Shown in pieces: positions 19,398 to 29,451 of a stretch of DNA of 64,000 bases. The notes under the pieces were generated by a model that saw only the letters and a program-made list of their open reading frames with translations, was not told the DNA's origin and did no database searches. Made by a program: the position numbers and the translations under genes. The DNA comes from an uncultured delta proteobacterium (GTDB taxonomy: Bacteria; Desulfobacterota; RBG-13-43-22), in contig CAWJJC010000020.1 of NCBI GenBank assembly GCA_963843145.1, forward strand, positions 64,001 through 128,000. Reading direction: 5' to 3'. Positions within the stretch are counted from its first letter, which is position 1. Every line of letters starts with the position of its first letter.

Positions 19398-20246
19398 GTG
19401 CCAATTATTCCTAAATCGATCGGCCGCCAGTATCGGGGCCGGACCGGTCGGATCCTTCCAGACCAAACCGGGCCACGATTTACCGGAGGCCATAGCCGTC
19501 CTGGACGACCGGAGGCCATCGCCCTTCGGATGGTCACTTTTAATGTCAAGTTTTCACAGTATATCGATCGGGCTCTCCAGCTTCTTGAAAAAAACCAGTC
19601 CCTTCAGGACCTGGATTTACTGGCCCTGCAAGAAATGGATGAAGCCGGTGTCGAAAAGATAGCTAGGCGGTTGGGGTTGAATTATGTCTATTACCCGGCA
19701 GTGGTTCACTCGGCCTATGGCAAGAATTTCGGCAATGCTCTGCTTTCGCCTTGGCGGATACTGGAAGATAAAAAAATCTTCTTGCCCCACTCCGGTCAGA
19801 TAGATAAGATGCAACGCATTGCCGTAGCGGCCACCTTCAAAATAGGGAAGTGGAAGCTCAGGGCCTACAGTCTTCACCTCGGTACGGCCTTGGAAATCCT
19901 TCCCCGCCAGCGAAAACACCAAGTAGAGGCCGTGCTGGCCGATGCCGACCGATTTTCCGGCCCGATCGTCATGGTCGGGGATATGAATGCCAGGGGCATT
20001 GGCCGGTTCCTGGAGAGACAAGGGTATTATTGGGCTACCAAATCGGTTAGAAGGACTATCAGCCTCTTTGCCTGGGATCACATCTTCCTTCGGAATTTTG
20101 AGGGCAGTCCAAGGGGTAAAGTCGGTGTGGTCAAGGACAACCGTCAGGCCAGTGACCACAAGCCGGTTTGGATGGTCCTGAGACTGGACGGGCAACGTCC
20201 TGTCGACTCTCAATCTCAGCCGGAGGAAAAAGGAAAAACGGTCTGA
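19398..20246 (+). CDS. Endonuclease/exonuclease/phosphatase family protein
   Basis: TFNV, ALQE, GNALLS, GDMN, DHIF, SDH motifs. Confidence 0.9.
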   Translation: MPIIPKSIGRQYRGRTGRILPDQTGPRFTGGHSRPGRPEAIALRMVTFNVKFSQYIDRALQLLEKNQSLQDLDLLALQEMDEAGVEKIARRLGLNYVYYPAVVHSAYGKNFGNALLSPWRILEDKKIFLPHSGQIDKMQRIAVAATFKIGKWKLRAYSLHLGTALEILPRQRKHQVEAVLADADRFSGPIVMVGDMNARGIGRFLERQGYYWATKSVRRTISLFAWDHIFLRNFEGSPRGKVGVVKDNRQASDHKPVWMVLRLDGQRPVDSQSQPEEKGKTV

Positions 20247-20294
20247 TCAGTCTGGTGTAATACGATTGTTTCATCTATTCCCTAGGAGATTCCA

Positions 20295-21098
20295 ATGTTT
20301 CATTGGCTTATCGATCGTCGCCGAAAGAAGCTCATCCAGGCTCCTTTCCCTTCCTTATGGGAGGACATCATCCGCCGCAACGTTGCCCACTACTGCATGC
20401 TGGAAGATGCCCAGCGTGCTCATCTGCGTGCCTTGATCCAGGTATTTATCGCCGAAAAAAATTGGGAAGGCGCTGGTGGACTGGAACTTACCGACGAAAT
20501 TCGCGTCACGATTTCCGCTCAGGCCTGTCTGCTTTTGCTGGGCCTGCCCCACAACTACTACCGTAACGTCGAATCCATCATCGTCTATCCCTCCACTGTT
20601 GTTCCGCCTCAAAGCAGGCCGGGTTTCTTTGAAAATACATTCGCGCCGGTGGAGTTGGACCATCCCATTATCGGGCAGGCGTTCCGGCAGGGGCCGGTCA
20701 TTATTGTCTGGGATGCCGCCCTGCGCGGCGGCCGCCATCCTGAGTCCGGTCACAACGTTATTTACCACGAATTCGCCCATAAACTGGACATGCTCGACGG
20801 TGCGGCCGATGGTACACCTCCGCTGCGCGACCGGGGTGAATACCGTGATTGGGTCCTGACTTGTTCGCGCGAATACCTACGTCTCAAACACGAGACCGAA
20901 AAGGGCAAAAAATCTTTCCTCAGTGCCTACGGGGCAATCAGCGAAGCGGAATTTTTCGCCGTCGCCACTGAGCAATTCTTCGATCAGCCGCGGTTAATGA
21001 TTAAGCAGGCACCGGACCTTTATCGTGTTTTACAGGGATACTACCGTCAGGATCCTTCCGAACGTGTGTCCCGGAATTACTGCACGGGAGAAAATTAA
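20295..21098 (+). CDS. mtfA: Zinc-dependent peptidase M90 (MtfA-like)
   Basis: NVIYHEFAHKLD...DGTP, AEFFAVATEQFF. Confidence 0.9.
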   Translation: MFHWLIDRRRKKLIQAPFPSLWEDIIRRNVAHYCMLEDAQRAHLRALIQVFIAEKNWEGAGGLELTDEIRVTISAQACLLLLGLPHNYYRNVESIIVYPSTVVPPQSRPGFFENTFAPVELDHPIIGQAFRQGPVIIVWDAALRGGRHPESGHNVIYHEFAHKLDMLDGAADGTPPLRDRGEYRDWVLTCSREYLRLKHETEKGKKSFLSAYGAISEAEFFAVATEQFFDQPRLMIKQAPDLYRVLQGYYRQDPSERVSRNYCTGEN

Positions 21099-21136
21099 AA
21101 TCTTATTCTTATCGGATTTAAGAAAGGAGAACGTAC

Positions 21137-21337
21137 ATGAAAAAGAACATGGGAACCGTTGACCGGGTTATTAGAATAGTACTGGCCATTGTGGTGATTG
21201 TCCTTTACCTGACCGGCAACATTACGGGCGTTGCGGCGATTATACTGGGTATTCTGGCGCTGGTATTCATACTGACGAGCCTGATTGGTTTTTGCCCGCT
21301 CTATGGACCTCTCAAGATTTCGACAATCAGGAAATAA
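21137..21337 (+). CDS. DUF2892 (YgaP-like) membrane protein
   Basis: KNMGTVDRVIR...GFCPLY..LKIST. Confidence 0.88.
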   Translation: MKKNMGTVDRVIRIVLAIVVIVLYLTGNITGVAAIILGILALVFILTSLIGFCPLYGPLKISTIRK

Positions 21338-21449
21338 AAAGGCTTGTTGATCCGACAATCCCTGAGAACGGAGTGCTGGTTCAAGCCGCAACCAAACTAC
21401 TCGATTTTTACCCGGTTGAAAAACGGGAGCGGGATCCCTTCAGCCCGTT

Positions 21450-21845
21450 TTATTTCCCAGACGGGGTCGTCGAACGGACATGCTCACAGGCTTGCAGCAC
21501 CTCGGCCTTAAACGTATCAAAGTCGAGTTGCAGGCCGTTAATATAGGCGCTCCAACCGGCACTGGATTTGGCATAATGGATCGCATCCTCTATCTCCGCC
21601 TCGGTTGCTCCATTAAGCTTGGCAATCTCCGTATGAAAAAGGGCGCAATAGCGGCATTTGGAAACGGCCGAAATAGCCACTCCAATCAGTTCCCGGTATT
21701 TATTCGGGATAGGACCTTCTTCAAACTGCACTTTCTTGAATAACTGCCATTCCAATTCCAGGGTGGCCTCCGGAATGGACTTGAACATGCTGGGCACCAG
21801 GCCAAACATATCCGTGATTTCCTTATAAACCTGTTCACGGTTCAT
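21450..21845 (-). CDS. Carboxymuconolactone decarboxylase / AhpD family protein
   Basis: ELIGVAISAVSKCRYC..FH...A...GATEAEI. Confidence 0.88.
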   Translation of the reverse strand: MNREQVYKEITDMFGLVPSMFKSIPEATLELEWQLFKKVQFEEGPIPNKYRELIGVAISAVSKCRYCALFHTEIAKLNGATEAEIEDAIHYAKSSAGWSAYINGLQLDFDTFKAEVLQACEHVRSTTPSGK

Positions 21846-22002
21846 CGTCTCTACTCCTTCTCATCTAAATAAAAAATTGGTTTAGAAAGTTATGATTGCT
21901 CCCTGACCAAACTAAAAAGGTCGCGTACCTCAGAGAATATCCCTAAACGAACGAGCCGTTTCTTCAAACACCCCTCTTACGGTTGGGGGGGGGCCCGCCT
22001 GG

Positions 22003-22797
22003 TTAACCTCGATCTTTCATCGGAGCCAATATCTGCTCCAGCGCCGTCTGGTCAGGCCCGACAAAGGGGGGCAAAGCGGGGACCGTCGTCAGCAGTTCCA
22101 GGAACTGTTGGGTCTTTCCTCGTGCCGGTGGCAGGTGCGCCGAGAAAATCATTTTTGGGCCCATTTGACGAATCCTGTCCAGTGCCCGGCTGAATTCGCT
22201 CGGATCAACCATATGAACCCAGGGGCTGTCCGCGAGGGCCCAGCCGATCATGCCTTGAGCCAGATCCCCCGCGGAAACCTCATCGACACTCCGCGCCGGC
22301 GACGGCATGATGGCACCAAAGCAATCGGCAGAGAAAAAGGCTTCCGATTTGTCGTCGTAGAACCCGATAGTAGTCGGGTTATCGAACAAGGGCGGTCTGA
22401 TGGCAGTCAGCCTACGGTCACCCACTCGAAGGCTGTCTCCCGAATTCAGCCAGTAAACCCGGTCCATGGGTACCGGCCAAGCCGTGGTTATCCTCAGCAC
22501 GGCTAAGGCGTTCGCCACCAGGCGGGCGCCGGGTGCTGCTTCAAGAACCTTTTGAAGGCTGCCGGTATGATCCGCATCATCGTGGGTAAGCCACACCCAC
22601 TTTATGTCCCGAGGGTCAATGATCGACTCCAGGGTCTTCATAAACTCCGCACTCTCGATTCCTATTCCCGTGTCGACCAGGACCGGCTCGCCGGCCTTGA
22701 TGACAAAGGCATTAATCGGAAGGAGTCCCATACCGGGGATGGGGAAATGCGCGGGCAGGACCTCGACATCCGGCATCGCTTGATAGGGTTTATCCAT
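22003..22797 (-). CDS. MBL-fold metallo-hydrolase (flavodiiron N-terminal-like)
   Basis: LVDTG, THDDADHTG, FSADCFG. Confidence 0.85.
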   Translation of the reverse strand: MDKPYQAMPDVEVLPAHFPIPGMGLLPINAFVIKAGEPVLVDTGIGIESAEFMKTLESIIDPRDIKWVWLTHDDADHTGSLQKVLEAAPGARLVANALAVLRITTAWPVPMDRVYWLNSGDSLRVGDRRLTAIRPPLFDNPTTIGFYDDKSEAFFSADCFGAIMPSPARSVDEVSAGDLAQGMIGWALADSPWVHMVDPSEFSRALDRIRQMGPKMIFSAHLPPARGKTQQFLELLTTVPALPPFVGPDQTALEQILAPMKDRG

Positions 22798-22849
22798 CTA
22801 AAGCTCCTTTTTTGCGGTTTTCAACTTAGCCTTCTTGGTCATCACGATA

Positions 22850-22982
22850 GGTGGCTATTCGCCCTCTTGGGTGGGGATCCTCCATATCTGGTATGGCCGC
22901 CGGGCCTCGGCGACCACGGAGCTCCGATTTCAAACTAAGCTACCATACATTGTGGCCACCCACCCAAAAGGGCTAAGCGACC
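22850..22982 (+). repeat. Structured ~130-nt element, copy 1 (MITE or ncRNA candidate)
   Basis: Terminal inverted repeats; core 22861-22973 aligns gaplessly to 37525-37637 with 25 mismatches in 113 nt. Confidence 0.75.
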
Positions 22983-23011
22983 GATAAGTAAGGTAAGCGG
23001 TGTGCTTGATC

Positions 23012-23317
23012 CTAAGACCACTTTCCCCCAAGCTTTTCAAGGCCTGCCCGTCCTAATTCTTCCGGAGTCATGGCAACATGAAATTCGACGTCGGCGTTGA
23101 ACAGCAGAAACCACGGTTCCGCATACTTCGGCACTTCCGACGAGTCATTGATGTTGATAATCATAATGGCCCCGCGCTGCCCGTCATACTCGGTAAAATA
23201 AACGGCCTCCGCCTTGGTTTCATCGATAATTTTTTTCATCTTCCCCCCGACACTACCGTCTCGAACAGCCGCGTTGAACTCTTCGTGAGGAATCCTCACC
23301 TGTAGAATCATTCGCAT
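23012..23317 (-). CDS. Small hypothetical protein (DUF3303/GYD-like)
   Basis: EAVYFTEYDGQRGA...AEPWFLLFNADVEFHVAMTPEEL; RBS present. Confidence 0.8.
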   Translation of the reverse strand: MRMILQVRIPHEEFNAAVRDGSVGGKMKKIIDETKAEAVYFTEYDGQRGAIMIININDSSEVPKYAEPWFLLFNADVEFHVAMTPEELGRAGLEKLGGKWS

Positions 23318-23650
23318 GGTGGTCTCCTTTCAAATTCAATAGAATCATATATCTTATTATCATTCAAAGACCAGGGGTGCGTAAATAGAACGAACAGCGT
23401 ATTTTTTGGATAAAAACACTGTATTTTAAAGCCGGCCTCTTCCCTCGGCAATCGACCTGCTTTTTGAATTATTTGATTGTTATTTCGGGAGAAGATTCAA
23501 CCCGTCGTCTTAAACAAGGAGGAAGTCAATATTGACCATATGGGGAAGGTCTTAAAAATAAAGCGATATTCTTGGTTTATAACCCGCTGGGGGGGGTCCT
23601 CCCTTAGGTTAGGGATAAGTGAGGGGCAGGGAATATTTCTTTCCAGGTTG

Positions 23651-24487
23651 TTAGCGACGCCTTCTGCGGTATTCGTCGCTGTCACGCAGGGCCCGGACGA
23701 CGTCCTGCTCGGTCCAGCGGTCGCGCAGGATCTTGTCCACCCAGCCCTCGGCGCCCGGGTCCGGTTCCCGCCCGAGAACGTCGAGATAGGCCCGTCGCAC
23801 CATCTGTTCCGCCCTTCGCCGGGTCATCTGCCCCCCGCGACGGTATTCGTCGCTGTCACGCAAGGCCCGAATAACGTCCTGCTCGGTCCAGCGCTCGCGC
23901 AGGACCTTGTCCACCCAGCCCTGGGCGCCCGCGTCCGGTTCCCGCCCGAGAACGTCGAGATAGGCCTGTCGCACCATCCATTCGGCCTCTCGACGGGACA
24001 TCCGGCTCTCATGCTGGATATAGCCTTTACTCTGCAGGTCCTTCCGTACATCGTTTTCCGTCCAACCGTATTGAGTCATCCTGTTGCGGTAATAGCGCAA
24101 GCTCTCTTCGTCCGGCTCCCGCTGGAGGACTTCGTTATAGATCTGCCGGATGATCAAATCAAGGTTCCGGTTCGCCTCCCCGGAATAACGACGGTAGTCC
24201 GCTTGAGCTCGGAGGTCCTTGCGGATATTGTCAGACGTCCTGCCGTAATCCTCGTTCTCCCTGCGGTCCCCCTGGAGTTCCGGTCCAAATGTCTCCAGGT
24301 CAAGTTCGGCCAGGACCGCCCGTTGGATCGCCTTGTTCTGCCGGGGGGACTTCAGCGATTTCGCGATATCGCCCTGAAGGTCCGCTAACCAATTATTATG
24401 GGATTCCTGCCCCTGAGCCGGGGCGAAAAGAAGCGTCATCTGAACGATCACGGCCGCCAAGACAACCATCGGTCTCCCTTGCTTCAT
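23651..24487 (-). CDS. Exported protein with DUF4214-like helical repeats
   Basis: Signal peptide; near-identical 58-aa (174-nt) tandem repeats AYLDVLGREPD..G..GWV...DSDEY plus a third diverged copy. Confidence 0.8.
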   Translation of the reverse strand: MKQGRPMVVLAAVIVQMTLLFAPAQGQESHNNWLADLQGDIAKSLKSPRQNKAIQRAVLAELDLETFGPELQGDRRENEDYGRTSDNIRKDLRAQADYRRYSGEANRNLDLIIRQIYNEVLQREPDEESLRYYRNRMTQYGWTENDVRKDLQSKGYIQHESRMSRREAEWMVRQAYLDVLGREPDAGAQGWVDKVLRERWTEQDVIRALRDSDEYRRGGQMTRRRAEQMVRRAYLDVLGREPDPGAEGWVDKILRDRWTEQDVVRALRDSDEYRRRRR

Positions 24488-24532
24488 GCTGAACCTCCGA
24501 CGTTAGTATGCAAAAAGGACTCGGTTACACTT

Positions 24533-24590
24533 AAGCATTTATTAGTTGATAATGAACAATTGATTATTAATTATTAAAATCATCTGGTTA
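24533..24590. repeat. AT-rich heptamer element
   Basis: Reverse-complement similarity to 11731-11780; similar to 6810-6845. Confidence 0.55.
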
Positions 24591-24915
24591 AGCTATCACC
24601 TGGCCCCTTTTACTTCTTTGCTTCGGGGCACCTACCTGGGTCTGGGCGTTTACCAGGAACTTCTTTTATTCTCAAATAATAAGACCATTTGAAGGAGAGT
24701 CAAGTGAAAGGCGGATTTGGTGGTGAAGGTCTGAGGTATTGATCCGGGACATGATCGGTTAAACAGCCCTCTTTGGCCGGCAGGTAAGGCCTAGCCAAAA
24801 ATATTTGAAATATTTTTGGCTGTAATAAAAACCACTTACCAGATTTAAAGACAAATGCTCAGAACAATGGATGTAAGAATCTACGTCTTGATGCATCTCC
24901 CCGGGATATTGCTGT

Positions 24916-25641
24916 CTATTTTAGAGTATACCCCCGGCCATCAAGGCAGGCACTGATCGCCCGTAAATAGTCCGAGCTCTTTTGGGTGGTCTGAGCATCG
25001 GGTCGGCCGGCAGGCGGCTTTGACGGATCGAAGCCTGCCTGACCAACAGCCCAGTTGTGGCAGGCGTCAAAATCCTCGTTTTGCTGCTCCTCACTCTGAC
25101 CCTGGCGGGGGTAGACGAACATCCGGCCAACCGAATTTTCGCTGGCCGACAGCGGTGCCTGACTTCCTTCGGTCGGCGGTGGATAATAATTTGACGGAGG
25201 CGGGGGTGAATAATAATAATCCGGTGGAGGCGGGGAAGGATAGTAATAATCCGGAGGCGGCGGGGAAGAATAATAATACGCTGGAGAGTCATAATAACTT
25301 GACCACAACCCCCAGCCTAAAACACCACCGACAAATAATCCGGGAAAGAACCCCCTATGCCCTCCATGTCCACTATATCTACTCTGCCCACTGGGCCGGC
25401 CGCTCCCTCTATACTCACCACGCGTGCCAGATCTTCTACTCCCATCGTAACCGCGTGCTCCACCGGACCTTCCTCCCCGGCTATATCCTCCGTGGCCGTC
25501 GGACCCGCTCGACCTGCCTCCCCCACTATACCCTCCACGACCGCCGGATCCTCCACCCCCACGATCAGCTTCCGCCTGACAAGGCGGCACCAACAGGGTC
25601 AACAAAAAAAGGAGGCTTAATAGACGAATAGACTTTTTCAT
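24916..25641 (-). CDS. Exported Gly/Arg-rich and Pro/Tyr-rich protein with a C-terminal two-Cys domain
   Basis: Signal peptide, GGRS repeats, SPPPPDYYY repeats, YPRQGQS..QQ..D...CH.WA...ACL.GRGY domain. Confidence 0.8.
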   Translation of the reverse strand: MKKSIRLLSLLFLLTLLVPPCQAEADRGGGGSGGRGGYSGGGRSSGSDGHGGYSRGGRSGGARGYDGSRRSGTRGEYRGSGRPSGQSRYSGHGGHRGFFPGLFVGGVLGWGLWSSYYDSPAYYYSSPPPPDYYYPSPPPPDYYYSPPPPSNYYPPPTEGSQAPLSASENSVGRMFVYPRQGQSEEQQNEDFDACHNWAVGQAGFDPSKPPAGRPDAQTTQKSSDYLRAISACLDGRGYTLK

Positions 25642-25882
25642 ATTTTGTTCTCTCCTCTAGCCTGGGACGAGCAACGGATTCTCTTAAGGTTTTTATAGCT
25701 TAGACTTTCAATGGACAAAAAAGTTAAAAAACGCCCAACCAAGGCTGATTGGTGAAGGCTCACTATTGGATTTTTAGATTGTTATTGTTCGGTAAAAAGT
25801 ATTATAAAATGAGAAATAAGCTGTTAAAAGAAATATAGATCTGCCAATAGCCGTTTGCACTTCATTGAAAAGGAGAAGATCT

Positions 25883-26380
25883 ATGAGGAAGAACAACCGC
25901 GATCTCGAAAAATCCCTGACCCGGAATTACAAAAAAGTAAATTTCACCGAAACTGGCCAGCCGGTCGAGGTAAGCAAGCCGATACCCGAGCCACCGGCGG
26001 CCAAAAAACCAAGGAAAGCGGCATCCAATAAGAAGGCGACCCCGAAACCGGTCAGGGCCAAGGTCGAAAAACCGATTGGCCGGAAACCGGGTCCTTCAAA
26101 GAAAAAAATTGCGGAAAACCCAGAGAAAAAAGTAGCCGTCAAGGCCAAGAAAGCCCCCATTAGGAAGCCTGCCGCCGGAAAGCCGCGGCTAATCGGCCGG
26201 AAAACCGACTTGCTCAGGATGGGGGAAGGAGCCTTCCTCTACTCGCTCGAACTCACTCGACAGGTTGAAGAAATGGAGAGGGAAATCGCCGACTATCAAA
26301 GGGTCTTCGAGGTTATCCGGGAACTCTTCAGCCGGGAGATGGATGAAATAGAGGAATGGTTGGGCGTGGTGTTGAAATAA
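25883..26380 (+). CDS. Lys/Pro/Ala-rich (histone H1-like) hypothetical protein with an acidic coiled-coil C-terminus
   Basis: AGGAG RBS; composition; followed by a hairpin. Confidence 0.65.
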   Translation: MRKNNRDLEKSLTRNYKKVNFTETGQPVEVSKPIPEPPAAKKPRKAASNKKATPKPVRAKVEKPIGRKPGPSKKKIAENPEKKVAVKAKKAPIRKPAAGKPRLIGRKTDLLRMGEGAFLYSLELTRQVEEMEREIADYQRVFEVIRELFSREMDEIEEWLGVVLK

Positions 26381-26387
26381 TTTTCTC

Positions 26388-26432
26388 CTCTAAAAAAGGG
26401 TTAGCTTAAATAGGCAAACCCTTTTTTAGAGG
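26388..26432. terminator. Bidirectional terminator hairpin
   Basis: ctctaaaaaagggtt...aacccttttttagag between convergent genes. Confidence 0.7.
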
Positions 26433-26452
26433 GTGACACTCCGCTTCAAGAA

Positions 26453-26908
26453 TTATTTTTCCACCGGATAGCCGGCCTCGACCCATTCTTGGAGCTGCGC
26501 ATTCATCAACACGGCATTTTTGTAACCCAGATCATTCAGCGTCTTCGTGGCCAGGGCCGAACGTACTGCCGATTGGCAGTACACATAGATCTTGGCATCT
26601 TGATCAGGGACCTTTTCCCAGATCCTAAGTTCCAAGGTCCCCCGGGAAATGTTGATCGCCCCGGGAAGATGGCCGGCAGCAAACTCCCAGGGATCCCGGA
26701 CATCAAGGATTACGACCTGCGCCTTCTTATCCAAGGCCTCCTTCACTTCGGCGGCCGTGACCATCCTGACCGCCGCCCTGGCCTTTTCTACCATCTCCAG
26801 CACCATCGGCGGATGCTCCGCGGAATAAACGGTCTGCGTCCAGGTTTGACTCAGCCAGGATCCGGCCAGCAGGAAAACCAACAGGAAACAGATTTCTTTT
26901 CGGTTCAA
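26453..26908 (-). CDS. Exported rhodanese domain protein
   Basis: DVRDPWEFAAGHLPGA, VYCQSAVRS; likely TTG start after AGGAGG. Confidence 0.88.
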   Translation of the reverse strand: MNRKEICFLLVFLLAGSWLSQTWTQTVYSAEHPPMVLEMVEKARAAVRMVTAAEVKEALDKKAQVVILDVRDPWEFAAGHLPGAINISRGTLELRIWEKVPDQDAKIYVYCQSAVRSALATKTLNDLGYKNAVLMNAQLQEWVEAGYPVEK

Positions 26909-26960
26909 TCTCTCTACCTCCTTGGTTTCAGGGATTTTATTAGCAATTCGAAACGTTCGT

Positions 26961-28205
26961 TTAAAACGTGTGCCCACCGACCCCCCCCTGCCCTGTATAG
27001 CTGCCCCATTCCCGGATCAGAGACGACAGCTTCCCCTCCTTAATTGCCGATCGGATTTCCTTCATCAGGATCTCCATGAATTGCAGGTTGTGCCGGACGG
27101 CGAGGTGCATCCCCAGTGGTTCCCCAGCCATAAAAAGATGCCGAAGGTAGGCCCGGGAATAGCCCCGGCAGGTTGCACAGGGGCAGTCCTCCTCAATGGG
27201 CCGAAGGTCTTTCCGAAAAGTTTCATTCCGGATCCGGAGACGGAAGCGCTTTTCCCGTTTAGCCAGCAGCGTCCCGGTCAGGGCCAGACGGGTGGGTGCG
27301 GCGCAGTCCAGGAGGTCGATCCCCTGTTCGACCGCCTTCAAGACGTCCTCCACCCAGCCGATGCCCAGGAGGTGTCGGGGTTTGAGTTCCGGCAGAGAGG
27401 GGATAGTCCACTCCAAGACCTGCGCCATGCGGGCCCGGGATTGGCCCAGGTAACCGCCGATAGCCAGGCCGTCAAAGGCCTGTCCGGCAACAAACCGGGC
27501 GCTCTCCCGCCGCAGGTCTTCGAAGTCTCCCCCCTGAATAATGCCGAAGAGGGCCTGCCCCCCGAACGGGCACCGTTGAAAGGCGGCCAGGGACCGCAGT
27601 GCCCAGCGATGGGTGCGTTCCAGGGCGGCCCGAGTTTCCCCGTAAGAATAAAGCGGAGAGGTGCATTCGTCCAGGGGCATGATCAGATCGGCCCCCAGGT
27701 CCAGGCCGCTCTCCACCACCCCTTCAGGGCTGAAGCGATGCCGGGACCCATCCCGATAGGAAATGAACTCGGCCCCGTCCTCATCCAGCCGCACCAGCGA
27801 TTTGGCCTTCATGGCCGGAGGGTGCTGGTCCCGGTCCCCTTCCCCGGTAAATTCGGAGGCCACCTTGCTCAAGCCGTGTTTCCGGCCGGCGCCCAAGCTG
27901 AAGATTTGAAAGCCGCCGGAATCGATCACGATCGGCCCCTGCCAGCCCATAAATTGCTGGAGCCCGCCGGCGGCCCGGATCACCTCTTCCCCGGGTTGCA
28001 AGTGCAGGTGAAAAGCGTTAGTGATCAGGACCTGAGAGCCGACGGCCTTCAGATCCTCAGCGGAAAGACCGGAGATGGCAGCCCGGGTGGCTACCGGGAC
28101 AAAAGCCGGTGTCTCGATAACACCGTGAGGGGTGGAAAGACGCCCGGCCCGGGCCCGCCGGTCCCGGGCCGCTATTTCGAAGGAAAAGACAGCCGCCTTA
28201 ACCAT
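26961..28205 (-). CDS. tgt: tRNA-guanine transglycosylase
   Basis: IETPAFVPVAT, DSGGFQIFSL, LDEC, GIIQGG, CPCATC..YSRAYLRHL. Confidence 0.93.
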   Translation of the reverse strand: MVKAAVFSFEIAARDRRARAGRLSTPHGVIETPAFVPVATRAAISGLSAEDLKAVGSQVLITNAFHLHLQPGEEVIRAAGGLQQFMGWQGPIVIDSGGFQIFSLGAGRKHGLSKVASEFTGEGDRDQHPPAMKAKSLVRLDEDGAEFISYRDGSRHRFSPEGVVESGLDLGADLIMPLDECTSPLYSYGETRAALERTHRWALRSLAAFQRCPFGGQALFGIIQGGDFEDLRRESARFVAGQAFDGLAIGGYLGQSRARMAQVLEWTIPSLPELKPRHLLGIGWVEDVLKAVEQGIDLLDCAAPTRLALTGTLLAKREKRFRLRIRNETFRKDLRPIEEDCPCATCRGYSRAYLRHLFMAGEPLGMHLAVRHNLQFMEILMKEIRSAIKEGKLSSLIREWGSYTGQGGVGGHTF

Positions 28206-28270
28206 GATCCCCTCACCCCAACCCGGCTCTTACCCCCGCCTTCGTCGGGGTGGACCTTCCGGCGAAATCC

Positions 28271-28588
28271 TCAGGCTTCATCCCTGATGATCTCAGCGCT
28301 CAGGTTATCCACGATCACCGGTGTTTCGAAATAGGTTACGGTCGGCTCCGACCCGTATTTTTCAAAAATAAACTTTTTCCAATCCACCGTATACAGCCGT
28401 TCCGCAGACTCCCGGGATTTCCACAAATAAACGCCTCCTCCCGTCCCTCCGTCGGCCGAAAGAATATAGTATTTTCGAATAAGCCCGTCGACCTCCCGGT
28501 ACTTCGGGGCCGTACCTAAAAAAATCTCCCGGGCTTGGGCGCGGGTAATCGGCTTTGGCAGCTTAAATTGAATCAGAGCAGTAATCAT
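28271..28588 (-). CDS. YdhR-like putative monooxygenase
   Basis: GLIRKYY....GGGVYLWKS. Confidence 0.8.
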   Translation of the reverse strand: MITALIQFKLPKPITRAQAREIFLGTAPKYREVDGLIRKYYILSADGGTGGGVYLWKSRESAERLYTVDWKKFIFEKYGSEPTVTYFETPVIVDNLSAEIIRDEA

Positions 28589-28900
28589 GTTTATTCTCCT
28601 TTCCCTATCCGGATTAATCGTGGGTCATCCAGTTTTTGACCAATAAATATACCCTTTCTTATATCGATTATAATTATAGCTTATTCCCGAACAAAAAGCA
28701 TCTCTTGCCGGGAGGAGCTTCCAAATTCCATGGACAACATACTAAATCGCCCTATTGATTGCCTAAGCCGAGAACGAGGTGGTCTAAGCCCTGGGAACGC
28801 AACGAGTTATTATCTTATAAATGGGAGGTGGGGGAAGGCCTATGGGCCTTCCCCCGAGGAGGAGGAATGAGCTGAAGCAGTCGGACCTGCCGGGCAAGAA

Positions 28901-29113
28901 TTAGTAGAGAGAACCCTCTTTCATTCGTTGGGTAACCTGGGGACGCCTTCTCGAAACATTTTCGAAGCGGCCCAAGGTGGTCTTCCGGAAAAGGGAGCGC
29001 ATTTCATCCCTTACTTTCCGGTAACAGGATAGACAAATTCCGTGGGATATTTCATCTTTTCCCGGAACTCGACTGATCTCCTGGTTGCACCAGGAACAAC
29101 TTACGACAAACAC
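28901..29113 (-). CDS. Small putative zinc-binding protein
   Basis: CSWC...ISHGICLSC; downstream terminator hairpin. Confidence 0.55.
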   Translation of the reverse strand: MFVVSCSWCNQEISRVPGKDEISHGICLSCYRKVRDEMRSLFRKTTLGRFENVSRRRPQVTQRMKEGSLY

Positions 29114-29451
29114 CGGACACCATCCTTTCTTCCTTGTTCGAAAACAATAAGTCTAAAAGGTGGACCATTTCCTTTCCTTATCGTTATTTAAAAGCAATAA
29201 AGATGCCAGATAGCCCGGAATAACTTGCAAAAATGTAACTATATGAAATAACAAAATAAAAAAAACATGATGGGGCCGGCCCTTCTTCTTGGAGCCGGAC
29301 TGGAAGGGCAAGGCCTTCATCTAAAACCGCCAAACTGTATGGATTTGAATATGGGCGCCTGTCACGAAAATAACGAAATCCGGCAGAACAAGGAAAGATT
29401 AGAGATTTTTTATTGCTGGAGTTTTCTATGTTTTCTTGTTAGTAGAAAGGC

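Noticed and set aside
23477-24388. 303-aa plus-strand ORF with internal repeats
   Set aside because: Antisense to the repeat protein, which has the signal peptide and RBS.
24793-24821. Perfect palindrome agccaaaaatattt-g-aaatatttttggct
   Set aside because: Most simply a terminator or operator hairpin; no other copy seen.
26922-28334. 470-aa plus-strand ORF
   Set aside because: Antisense shadow of tgt in GC-rich DNA; no recognisable motifs.
29268-29365. Possible fluoride riboswitch (gatgggg...aaaccgc)
   Set aside because: Lacks the 3' GCUGAUGAC..CUR segment, and the downstream gene is a thioesterase.
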